From: Alteromonadaceae bacterium | Lineage (GTDB): Bacteria; Pseudomonadota; Gammaproteobacteria; Enterobacterales; Alteromonadaceae | Direction of reading: 5' to 3' | Length of the DNA: 24,000 nucleotides | Assembly: GCA_964230195.1 (NCBI GenBank) | Contig: CAXRGH010000135.1 | Location: 2,714 to 26,713 of the forward strand | Shown here: piece by piece, positions 10,111 through 17,505 of the stretch | How positions within the stretch are numbered: position 1 is the first letter of the stretch | Layout: each line of letters starts with the position of its first letter | Program-made: the position numbers and the translations under genes | Notes under the pieces: generated by a model | Told to the model about the DNA's origin: nothing | The model's input: the letters and a program-made list of their open reading frames with translations, nothing else | Database searches by the model: none

Positions 10111-10121
10111 TCGTTGCCTAC
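10104..10121 (-). promoter_or_regulatory. Candidate ANTAR/NasR target hairpin (antiterminator) overlapping the 5' arm of the nirB leader terminator
   Basis: Minus strand: guaggc-AACGAA-gcccac (5 bp plus one A.C mismatch). The hexaloop has A at position 1 and G at position 4. The 3' arm gcccac belongs to the terminator 5' arm, so the two structures are mutually exclusive. Confidence 0.5.
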
Positions 10122-10203
10122 TGTGGATTGAAAGATTCTTTCACTTCAACCCTGCTTTGTTTCGTAAACGCCATTAACCGTTTACACATTGTGTAGTTTA
10201 AAA

Positions 10204-10219
10204 AGCATAATTCATGCCA
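10204..10219 (-). promoter_or_regulatory. Sigma54 (-24/-12) promoter candidate for nirB-nirD-cobA...
   Basis: Minus strand TGGCATgaattaTGCT. The GG-to-GC spacing is exactly that of the consensus TGGCAC-N5-TTGCW. It shares TGGCATG with the two other boxes in the window. Confidence 0.55.
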
Positions 10220-10301
10220 AGGAATTAACACACTGTTTTAAATGAATTTTATTATTTCTTCGTTTAGACAGCCCGTCGACATTGCTCCAAAATTGTGAAG
10301 C

Positions 10302-10318
10302 CGCACTGTTTAAGTGCA
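10302..10318. promoter_or_regulatory. Candidate NtrC-type enhancer dyad upstream of the nirB sigma54 box
   Basis: CGCACT-gttta-AGTGCA (minus strand TGCACT-N5-AGTGCG) against the NtrC consensus TGCACC-N5-GGTGCA. It lies about 85-100 bp upstream of the -24 element. It could alternatively act as a weak hairpin after the kinase gene. Confidence 0.35.
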
Positions 10319-10336
10319 TTAATTTTTATTATTAAC

Positions 10337-12031
10337 TCATGGCGCCAGATAATATTGAATGATAATGATCGCAAACAGAACCCCTGATATTAGCTGCCAA
10401 AATACCACTGGGTTACGCTGTAATAAAGGAGGGCGTCTACGTTCAGTATATTTAACATTTGGGTGTCGAAGGTCATAAAGGAACTCAGAAATTTCTTGGT
10501 ATCGGTTATCAGGGCTAACCTTAAGTGCGCAACGTAATGTATCGTCTATCCAAAGAGGTATATCTCGTTGAGAGTCTAATACGCTTCGATATGAGAGCCT
10601 ATTTTGAGCTGATATAGTACGAGCTTTGGCAACATCCGTTCCATAAGGATGACGGTCAGACAACATTTGATAACAGACCGCTGCAAGCGAGTATAAATCA
10701 GACACTGGCCGTGGAAAATCACCGATAAAATATTCAGGTGCAGCATAAATAGCCGTTCCTGGTATAGCTCCCTGACTTTGATATCCTATTCCAGCCGCGC
10801 CAAAAATATGTACAGAACCCAAATCAATTAATTTGATATTACCATCGTTTGTCAGTAATACATTTGCTGGACGAATGTCTTGATGTAATAACGAGCTTCG
10901 ATGAATGGCTTGTAATCCTTTCCCCATTTCCTCTGTTACATATCGAATCATCTCGATTTGACGTTCAGGATTGTCCATCAACCATTGGGCTAATGTTTGC
11001 CCTTCTATATATTCAATTAAGATATAGGCCTTGCTTGGTGTCGTTGGTAGATGAGCCCGAACAACATGTCTGGAGGTTATTCTTCTCAAGGCCCATTGCT
11101 CCATTCCGAGTTGTTCAAAGGCGACAGGGTCGTCGGCACACTCTAAACTCAAGCATTTTAAAGCAAATAATGATTCGGCTTTATCCTTTACCAAATACAC
11201 ATGGCTTCTTGGGCTTTGATACAAGCTCCGTATTACTTGAAGTCCATCGACTTTCTCACCTTCATTTAATGGTGCTGGTGTTAATAATTTCTCCGGCTCA
11301 TGTTGGGTGCGTTCACTCAGGCCATCGATTCGAATGACTTGTAACGTTAAGTTATCGGTAGCGCCAAATTGCAACGCCTTATCCATCCATTGGCTCAGTG
11401 TGTGATCGTCGTTAAAGAATACTGCATTATCATAGTCATTGATTATCAATGTCTCGATAATATCGGACAGACCATCGGTTAGTAGTAGCAAGACATCGTC
11501 AGATTCCAACTGATGAGTACTATACCGTAAGGGCTTGATATCGGGCATTCCCAAACCTGCAGATAAGTAATATTGGCCGGCTTCAGTTGCCACTTCATCA
11601 TCCTCAGTTAAAAGGGTTAACTGTTTGTTTCGTAATAAATAAGCTTGGGAATCGCCGATATCAAAAAGGTGACAGATATTATCCTTAATAACAGCCCCAG
11701 TGAAGGTACAGACGTAGCCCTTGTCAAGATTTAAATGGAGGTCACGAGATTTAGAATTAGTATATAAATTGTTGTTTATAAGCGACAATAATTGGCGACA
11801 ACTCTTTTCGGTCGACCAAATATCCGGCGTAAGATAATACTCTTTTATAAATTGCTGAGTTGCATAGTGGCTTGCTGCACCACTTACCGAGCTTGAACTT
11901 ATTCCGTCAGCAATTGCGAAGGCAAATCCCTTAGTTTTTGTATGAGCCTCAGTATCAATATATGCGGCGCATGCGTCCTGATTAGTTGATTTTATGCCAG
12001 CTATTGATGTTGATACAAAAGAAATATTCAT
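10337..12031 (-). CDS. Bifunctional PP2C-type Ser/Thr phosphatase / Hanks-type Ser/Thr protein kinase with a C-terminal TM anchor
   Basis: N-terminal PPM motifs (NQDA, FAIADGISSS, FDIGDSQAYLL, LLLTDGLSD, DNLTLQVIRI). Kinase motifs: FALKC (VAIK-like Lys), HQDIRPANVLL (catalytic loop, non-RD), IDLGS (DFG-like), APEY. C-terminal hydrophobic helix VVFWQLISGVLFAIIIIQYYL. Confidence 0.88.
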   Translation of the reverse strand: MNISFVSTSIAGIKSTNQDACAAYIDTEAHTKTKGFAFAIADGISSSSVSGAASHYATQQFIKEYYLTPDIWSTEKSCRQLLSLINNNLYTNSKSRDLHLNLDKGYVCTFTGAVIKDNICHLFDIGDSQAYLLRNKQLTLLTEDDEVATEAGQYYLSAGLGMPDIKPLRYSTHQLESDDVLLLLTDGLSDIIETLIINDYDNAVFFNDDHTLSQWMDKALQFGATDNLTLQVIRIDGLSERTQHEPEKLLTPAPLNEGEKVDGLQVIRSLYQSPRSHVYLVKDKAESLFALKCLSLECADDPVAFEQLGMEQWALRRITSRHVVRAHLPTTPSKAYILIEYIEGQTLAQWLMDNPERQIEMIRYVTEEMGKGLQAIHRSSLLHQDIRPANVLLTNDGNIKLIDLGSVHIFGAAGIGYQSQGAIPGTAIYAAPEYFIGDFPRPVSDLYSLAAVCYQMLSDRHPYGTDVAKARTISAQNRLSYRSVLDSQRDIPLWIDDTLRCALKVSPDNRYQEISEFLYDLRHPNVKYTERRRPPLLQRNPVVFWQLISGVLFAIIIIQYYLAP

Positions 12032-12050
12032 GACTACCTCAAAGCATAAA

Positions 12051-12069
12051 AGGGTGCAAATGGCACCCT
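12051..12069 (-). terminator. Intercistronic hairpin / partial terminator between nirC and the phosphatase-kinase gene
   Basis: Minus strand: agggtgc-cattt-gcaccct (7-bp stem) followed by tttatgcttt. It lies 19 nt before the ATG at 12031. Confidence 0.4.
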
Positions 12070-12094
12070 ACTGTATATATACCGTACTATTTCG

Positions 12095-12928
12095 TTATTC
12101 CGGAATAGTATCCGCCACTTGTAATTTACGCTTTGGTGCCGTTCGGTAATGCGTTGAGTATAATGTAAGCCCCGTAAATGCGAGACCACCAACCAGATTA
12201 CCAAGCGCTGTTGGGATCTCATTCCATATGAAGTAATCCATCACGGAGAAGTCGCCCCCCATAATCAATCCAAACGGGAACAAAAACATATTTACAACTG
12301 AATGCTCAAATCCCATGAAAAAGAACAACATGATCGGCATCCACATTGCTAGCACTTTACCACTTACATGAGTTGAAATCATGGCTCCAACAACACCCAT
12401 TGATACCATCCAGTTACAAAGCATACCCCGGAGAAAGATAGTCAACCAACCAGCAACACCGTACTCTGCGTAGCCCAAAGTACGAGATTCTCCGATAACA
12501 GATACTTTCTCAGCAATAGCACCACCATCAGTATTGAAACCATAAGTGAACATAAAGGCCATCATGAATGCAACGGTCAATGCGCCCGCAAAATTACCTA
12601 AAAAGACCAATCCCCAGTTTCTCAGTATCTGAGGCCACGTCACGCCTGGCCGACGCGCCAACCATGCAAGAGGCGTCAAGACAAAAACCCCAGTTAAAAG
12701 ATCAAAACCCATCAGATATAACATACAAAATCCAACAGGGAACAAGACGGCACCAAGCAAAAATACGCCGGTTTTCACCGCGACTGTAATTGCAAATACC
12801 GCAGCTAAAGCTAAGATGGCGCCAGCCATAAAAGCCCTAACAAGAGTATCTCTTGTTGACATATATATTTTTGACTCACCGGCGTCTACCATTTTGGTAA
12901 CGAACTCGGCGGGAAGTAAGTAAGCCAT
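12095..12928 (-). CDS. nirC: Formate/nitrite transporter (FNT) family channel, probable nitrite transporter
   Basis: 277 aa with six predicted hydrophobic helices. FNT signatures include LLGAVLFPVGFCMLYLMGFDLLTG, GNFAGAL, GMLCNWMV and FFFMGFEHSVVNM. Sits in a nitrite reductase / NasR context. Confidence 0.88.
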   Translation of the reverse strand: MAYLLPAEFVTKMVDAGESKIYMSTRDTLVRAFMAGAILALAAVFAITVAVKTGVFLLGAVLFPVGFCMLYLMGFDLLTGVFVLTPLAWLARRPGVTWPQILRNWGLVFLGNFAGALTVAFMMAFMFTYGFNTDGGAIAEKVSVIGESRTLGYAEYGVAGWLTIFLRGMLCNWMVSMGVVGAMISTHVSGKVLAMWMPIMLFFFMGFEHSVVNMFLFPFGLIMGGDFSVMDYFIWNEIPTALGNLVGGLAFTGLTLYSTHYRTAPKRKLQVADTIPE

Positions 12929-12990
12929 TTGTGCAACTCCTAAAATTTAACAACACTAAGACGTAAACAAGGTGTATTTTTCATCCCCAT

Positions 12991-13027
12991 AAAAAAAGCG
13001 CCCACCCCCACAGCTGAGGATAGACGC
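12991..13027 (-). terminator. Intrinsic terminator in the nirC leader (candidate NasR-controlled attenuator)
   Basis: Minus strand: gcgucuaucc-(10-nt loop)-gggugggcgc, 10 bp including 3 G.U pairs, followed by uuuuuuu (7 U). It lies about 60 nt upstream of the nirC ATG. Confidence 0.65.
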
Positions 13028-13037
13028 CTTTGTCCAT
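13020..13037 (-). promoter_or_regulatory. Candidate ANTAR/NasR target hairpin overlapping the nirC leader terminator
   Basis: Minus strand: auggac-AAAGGC-gucuau (6 bp including one G.U). The hexaloop has A1 and G4. The 3' arm gucuau is part of the terminator 5' arm gcgucuaucc. Confidence 0.55.
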
Positions 13038-13068
13038 AGAATTTCATATTACCTTGTACCTGTAGACA

Positions 13069-13084
13069 AGCAAACCACATGCCA
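13069..13084 (-). promoter_or_regulatory. Sigma54 (-24/-12) promoter candidate for the nirC operon
   Basis: Minus strand TGGCATGTGGTTTGCT, with correct GG/GC spacing. It is 14/16 identical to the box upstream of nasR. Confidence 0.65.
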
Positions 13085-13341
13085 CACATTACAAGAAAAT
13101 AAAAATAGACAATAATTACATGACTTTATGTGTTTTCATGGAATGTATAGTTTCAATCACGTATTTGCTATGATTGTTTTTAGTGCAATTTGAAATAATA
13201 TTTGCACCAAAAAAATACCAAATTGAACTTTGTATTTTTTCTTGGCCTGTTCCGCGTCATCCATTTTTTACTATACATAACAGTGTTATTGGTTCTATAA
13301 CACCCGGACTACAATCAAAAGTATAGCAATCCTCGAAAGAC

Positions 13342-13357
13342 TGGCATGCAGTTTGCT
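13342..13357 (+). promoter_or_regulatory. Sigma54 (-24/-12) promoter candidate for nasR
   Basis: TGGCATGCAGTTTGCT, about 37 nt upstream of the nasR ATG. Matches TGGCAC-N5-TTGCW in spacing and core. Confidence 0.65.
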
Positions 13358-13393
13358 GCTCAATGTTACTGAGTTAATAGATTCTGAGGTTCT

Positions 13394-14647
13394 ATGGCAA
13401 TTGAAATGAAATCAGCAACCAACAAGTCTGACAGCTTGTTTCAATTCAATCAGCGATTTTTGGACGCTACTAGGCAAGCAAAAAATGAAGCTCTTGAGCA
13501 ATTATTGATCAATTGTCAATTGGTCAATGCTACCGCAATGCTTGTTCATCAACTCCAACGAGAGCGCGGGCTTTCATGCATTTATCTAGGTAATCGAGAT
13601 CCACTTTTAAAACAGGAATTGCTGCAACAACATCAACGGTCAACTTCGTATAGCGACATATTACAACAACTCTTAGAACATACAATTCTTGATAAAAAAG
13701 GAAATCATAGTGAACTACGATTGATTTGTTGTATATCGAACGCGTTTCAAAAGCTTCAACTCGTCGTCAAGCAGCGTCGTGAAGTGCTGCAATGCAATGA
13801 TACGGCCGAAATCACTCTTGATAGGTACGCTGACACGATATTAGCCTTGTTTGTCATTATCTTAGAAGCTGCAGATCTTACCTTAGACCATCAAATCAAT
13901 CGCCATTTAATGGCATTGTCCAGCTTAATGTTTGGTAAAGAGTTTGTGGGCCAAGAACGTGCGCGAGGAGCATCGTTTTTTAGCCACCGTTGTAACAATG
14001 AATTATTATCTGAACAATTAAGCACCTTAAAACAGAAACAACAACAACATTTTTCGCTATTTCAACAGCTTGCATCAACCGAAGTGAAAAGTATTTGGCA
14101 TGCAAACGTAAGCTCACACGAACTACAGCGCCAAGTCACGCAGCTTCGATTAATTATAACGTCAGCAGCGAGTGCAAATGAAAGCGAAGATCTCAGTGAT
14201 GTTTGGTTTACGGTCTGGACAAGCTGGATTGACCAAGTTCAACAAGTAGAACAAATAATGTGTTCTCAATTATTTTGTTTAGCCGAAGCTCAAATAGCAC
14301 GACAAGGGCGAAAGAATGAAACAACCGTCTCTCTCATGCACCCCTTTGGATCAATGGATTGGTTTACAGAGCAAACATCCTTTGAGAGCTGCCCTAGCCG
14401 CACCGTTCTCGATTTCTTGCAATTTCACGCTGAAAATGCCGAAGAACTGTCTAAGATTGTGAATGAGAAAGAAAAGCAACTCCAAGAACAGAACATCATT
14501 AAACAAGCAAAGTTACTACTCATAAAACATTATCGATTGTCTGATGAGCAGGCTTACAAACAACTTCGTTCGGCGGCAATGAAAAACAATACAAGCATCA
14601 TCCAAATTGCTGAAATGATTCTTAAAAAGTATCACAAAGGTCAGTAA
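13394..14647 (+). CDS. nasR: Nitrate/nitrite-responsive transcription antiterminator (NIT sensor domain + C-terminal ANTAR RNA-binding domain)
   Basis: The C-terminus IIKQAKLLLIKHYRLSDEQAYKQLRSAAMKNNTSIIQIAEMIL fits the ANTAR consensus. The N-terminal ~300-aa helical region with VHQLQRERGLSCIYLG and GQERARGASFF is typical of NIT domains. The gene is divergent from a nitrite cluster that carries leader terminators. Confidence 0.85.
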   Translation: MAIEMKSATNKSDSLFQFNQRFLDATRQAKNEALEQLLINCQLVNATAMLVHQLQRERGLSCIYLGNRDPLLKQELLQQHQRSTSYSDILQQLLEHTILDKKGNHSELRLICCISNAFQKLQLVVKQRREVLQCNDTAEITLDRYADTILALFVIILEAADLTLDHQINRHLMALSSLMFGKEFVGQERARGASFFSHRCNNELLSEQLSTLKQKQQQHFSLFQQLASTEVKSIWHANVSSHELQRQVTQLRLIITSAASANESEDLSDVWFTVWTSWIDQVQQVEQIMCSQLFCLAEAQIARQGRKNETTVSLMHPFGSMDWFTEQTSFESCPSRTVLDFLQFHAENAEELSKIVNEKEKQLQEQNIIKQAKLLLIKHYRLSDEQAYKQLRSAAMKNNTSIIQIAEMILKKYHKGQ

Positions 14648-14720
14648 AGCAATGCCATACTAATTGATAGCACCCACATTTAGCTCATAAACAGCCTTAA
14701 GCTATGTGCAGCGCATTAGT

Positions 14721-15104
14721 TCAACTAATCACACTCAAATGCGAGAGCGAACCCGCATTATCTTCCCAATGCTGACCATCAAATGATTCAACATTCACCT
14801 GTTTAGGGAGAGTATCTAAACAATGAACATTCACATCAATGCCGTCTGGATTTGAGCGAGGTGTATAGAATGGCTTAACGCCACAATGGCGACAAAAAGT
14901 GTGTTTAGCCACGCCGGTATTAAAAGTGTAAGTCGTAATTGCGTCAGCACCGGTTAACAGGGTGAAGCGGCTGAGAGGCACAATTAGATGAAGAAATCCT
15001 GACTTCTGACAGATTGAGCAATTACATTGTACTGCATCAATGACATCGGGAGCGTCAACACTAAACGTCACCGCCTGACAATGGCAACTACCTTGATATT
15101 TCAT
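14721..15104 (-). CDS. GFA family protein (glutathione-dependent formaldehyde-activating / CENP-V-like zinc-Cys fold)
   Basis: GSCHCQAV, CNCSICQKSG and FCRHCG cysteine motifs. The likely start is MKYQGSCHC (ATG at 15104), with GGAGTAGG upstream, rather than the longer ORF start at 15161. Confidence 0.8.
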   Translation of the reverse strand: MKYQGSCHCQAVTFSVDAPDVIDAVQCNCSICQKSGFLHLIVPLSRFTLLTGADAITTYTFNTGVAKHTFCRHCGVKPFYTPRSNPDGIDVNVHCLDTLPKQVNVESFDGQHWEDNAGSLSHLSVIS

Positions 15105-15284
15105 ACCTACTCCGTTAATTCGCTGCTGAATGTTTACCTTCATCAATTTAGCAATAATCAATGATCATGGCCATCTGAACACACACGAATAGGTAACAAT
15201 GTTTTTCAACCTGAGTCAATGTGTTGAATTACCTTCCAGACTCAACATATAGTTGAGTAACCCCAGGTTTTGGAGACAAGCGCA

Positions 15285-15983
15285 ATGAAAACCATCGGCC
15301 TTCTCGGCGGCATGAGTTGGGAATCCACCACCAGTTATTATCAAGCAATCAATCGTGGAGTTCAGCAATACTTAGGTGGACTTCACTCCGCTAAAGTGTG
15401 TCTAGTGAGTGTTGATTTTGCCGTGATTGAAATCCTCCAGCGTCAAAACGAATGGCAAAAAGCCGGCGCTTTATTAACTGAAGCCGCAAAACACATAGAA
15501 GCTGGTGGCGCTGATTGTTTATTAATTTGCACAAACACAATGCACAAAGTCGCTCCTCAAATCGCTCGTTCTATCAACATTCCGCTACTCCACATAGCGG
15601 ATTGTACTGGTCAAAAACTACAACAAGAGCAAATACAAACCGTCGGTCTTCTCGGCACTCAGTTCACCATGTCAGAGGATTTCTATACAGATAAACTCAT
15701 CAATAATTTTGGTATTGATGTATTGGTGCCCAGCGCGGCGCAACAAGAAGACATTCACAGCATCATTTATGATGAACTCTGCCTGGGTAAGGTAAATCAT
15801 ACATCAAAGCAACGGTATCTTGAGATTATTAATGCTCTCCACCAACGAGGCGCACAAGGGATGATATTGGGATGCACAGAGATTGGCCTGCTGGTGCAAC
15901 AAACCGACACTGACATTCCTTTGTTTGATACTACCGCTATTCATGCACAAGCAGCGGTAGACTTCGCTATTACGACTGAATAA
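15285..15983 (+). CDS. Aspartate/glutamate racemase family protein
   Basis: MKTIGLLGGMSWESTTSYYQ, LLICTNTMH and ILGCTEIGLL carry the two catalytic Cys motifs of Asp/Glu racemases. The ATG at 15285 has GGAGA 8 nt upstream; the track start at 15270 is TTG. Confidence 0.85.
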   Translation: MKTIGLLGGMSWESTTSYYQAINRGVQQYLGGLHSAKVCLVSVDFAVIEILQRQNEWQKAGALLTEAAKHIEAGGADCLLICTNTMHKVAPQIARSINIPLLHIADCTGQKLQQEQIQTVGLLGTQFTMSEDFYTDKLINNFGIDVLVPSAAQQEDIHSIIYDELCLGKVNHTSKQRYLEIINALHQRGAQGMILGCTEIGLLVQQTDTDIPLFDTTAIHAQAAVDFAITTE

Positions 15984-15996
15984 AAGGCAAGAGTTT

Positions 15997-16269
15997 ATGA
16001 CATCCAAACCTCAATCTCTGCGTGATTTACCGGGACTCGGTCCAAAAAGCGAGGAGCAACTTAAGCGCTTAGGGTTTGATAATGTTGAAACCTTTATGGC
16101 TCACGATCCATTGACCATTTATCAAGCTTACAGCAGTGCCTATGGTAAGAATCTCAATGCCCTTTATGCCATTGTTGGTGCCCAACAAGGCTGTGACTGG
16201 CGACAAATCAAACGAACGCGTAAGACCGAACTATTGATGCGATTAGATGATTTGGGACTTGCTCCATGA
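15997..16269 (+). CDS. Stand-alone TfoX C-terminal domain protein
   Basis: LRDLPGLGPKSEEQLKRLGFDNVETFMAHDP is a helix-hairpin-helix motif typical of the TfoX/Sxy C-terminal domain. Only 90 aa; the N-terminal TfoX domain is absent. Confidence 0.7.
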   Translation: MTSKPQSLRDLPGLGPKSEEQLKRLGFDNVETFMAHDPLTIYQAYSSAYGKNLNALYAIVGAQQGCDWRQIKRTRKTELLMRLDDLGLAP

Positions 16270-16354
16270 TGAATGAAACAAGTTTGATGTGAGTCTGACA
16301 CTTGGGTGTCCATACTTGACGGTTGAGAATCAATTGTTCAGGAGGAACTACCCA

Positions 16355-17077
16355 ATGGATCATGAAGAGAAGTTACTCGAATTTTTATACGTTGCCCCAG
16401 TCGCCCTTATTCAATTTGATGGTAGCGGCAATGTCACCTTAGCTAACCCGAGAGTTGCTCAACTGTTCAACCGCTACGCACCGGGAGGCTACTTTGCTAA
16501 TTTCCTAACTTTCCTTGATGACGTGTTGCCCGAGTTGAAAAAGGATATTGTGAATTTTCCTCATAAAGGTGGTCAGATCATGGAGAATAAGCGAGTCTGC
16601 TTGCAAGCACCTTCACAACTCGCGCAAGAAGAATTGTGGATGGACGTTACCGTCATGAAACAAGATGATGAGCGCTATATTGCATCCCTCAACAACGTGA
16701 CCGACCAAGTAGTTGCAGAAAACGAGCGTTATGTGTCAGAGCAATATCTCACCCAGCTGTTAGAAAAAGTAAACAAACATGTTGCTTTCACCCTCGACCC
16801 CAACGGCATTATCAACAGCTGGAACATTACAGGTGAAACCTATATTACCGATAGTCCTTATGCACTCGGGAAAGTGCTGTCACAGCTATTCCCCATCAGT
16901 AACCAAGATAACTCATTGATACTTGCACAAGCGAAAGAAATGGGGCAACACAAAACCACAATCCAATTTGCAGACAAAAGTGGGGAGTCACACGCTTCTT
17001 GCTTATATGTCTCAGGAATACATGACCAAAGAGATAAGTTTCAAGGCTTTTCGGTCGTGTTAACGCTGGGCGAATAG
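16355..17077 (+). CDS. Output-less tandem PAS-domain protein; first gene of the PYP cluster
   Basis: Two PAS-like cores: VAPVALIQFDGSGNVTLANPRVAQLF... and HVAFTLDPNGIINSWNITGETYIT...GKVLSQLFP. No effector domain. The ATG at 16355 is preceded by AGGAGG at 9 nt; the track start at 16289 is GTG. Confidence 0.65.
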   Translation: MDHEEKLLEFLYVAPVALIQFDGSGNVTLANPRVAQLFNRYAPGGYFANFLTFLDDVLPELKKDIVNFPHKGGQIMENKRVCLQAPSQLAQEELWMDVTVMKQDDERYIASLNNVTDQVVAENERYVSEQYLTQLLEKVNKHVAFTLDPNGIINSWNITGETYITDSPYALGKVLSQLFPISNQDNSLILAQAKEMGQHKTTIQFADKSGESHASCLYVSGIHDQRDKFQGFSVVLTLGE

Positions 17078-17106
17078 CCCATTAAAATTCAATCAGGAGA
17101 GATAAA

Positions 17107-17454
17107 ATGAATTTTGACTCAACCAATATCCGCGAATTGCACTCGGGAGCTTCTCAGTTTAATGCGGCAAACTTTGGCATTGTTAAGATGGATCACGATG
17201 GCAATGTCACTGATTACAATAGTAGCCAAGAACGGTTTACCGGTATGTCTAAAGCATCGGTGATGGGAAAGCACTTCTTTTCTCTAGTTGCACCTTGTAC
17301 CAACAACTTCATGGTTGCTCAGAAATATGACAACCAGTCGTCATTAGATGAGAAGGTGCCGTATACCTTCACATTAAAGATGACGCCAACCCCCGTTACA
17401 TTGCGCTTACTCAAAGACAGCAGCGCCCAATATTTGCTGTGTGATTGGTCGTAA
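17107..17454 (+). CDS. pyp: Photoactive yellow protein (PYP) homologue, stand-alone 115 aa
   Basis: Collinear with H. halophila PYP from memory. [24 protein letters not shown] aligns with [38 protein letters not shown] aligns with [26 protein letters not shown] aligns with YTFDYQMTPTKV. Chromophore Cys (C64=C69), Tyr42 and Thr50 equivalents are present. Position 46 is Gln and position 52 is Met. GGAGAG RBS. Confidence 0.8.
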   Translation: [115 protein letters not shown]

Positions 17455-17464
17455 TATCGCAATC

Positions 17465-17490
17465 ATAAGAAGGGGCTATCCCCTTCTTAT
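17465..17490 (+). other. Perfect 11-bp stem-loop between pyp and the transducer gene (RNA stabiliser / partial terminator candidate)
   Basis: ataagaagggg-ctat-ccccttcttat, starting 10 nt after the pyp stop. No U tract follows. The next RBS (caggagaga) comes immediately after. Confidence 0.5.
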
Positions 17491-17505
17491 ACTCAGGAGA
17501 GACCT

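Noticed and set aside
10849-11337. A 162-aa plus-strand ORF opposite the kinase domain. The same applies to other short ORFs embedded in large genes: 349-552, 1135-1323, 1387-1575, 2772-2966, 3138-3344, 5397-5639, 5793-6045, 6629-6835, 6952-7164, 8093-8278, 9051-9248, 12568-12789, 15804-16007, 17508-17723, 19268-19456, 19542-19736, 20467-20703, 20926-21210, 22142-22384, 23200-23703.
   Set aside because: They lie entirely within well-supported genes on the opposite strand or in another frame. Their compositions are low-complexity or odd, with no recognisable motifs and no start context. I treated them as shadow ORFs.
12034-12222. A 62-aa minus-strand ORF overlapping the nirC 3' end and the intercistronic hairpin.
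   Set aside because: It is out of frame with nirC over most of its length and has no motif. The region is better explained by the nirC C-terminus plus the hairpin at 12051-12069.
13041-13062. Hairpin cttgt-ctacaggt-acaag in the nirC upstream region, considered as the first (P1) ANTAR hairpin.
   Set aside because: The loop is 8 nt and lacks the A1/G4 pattern. The stem overlaps the -12 element and predicted start site of the sigma54 promoter, so it is probably not in the transcript.
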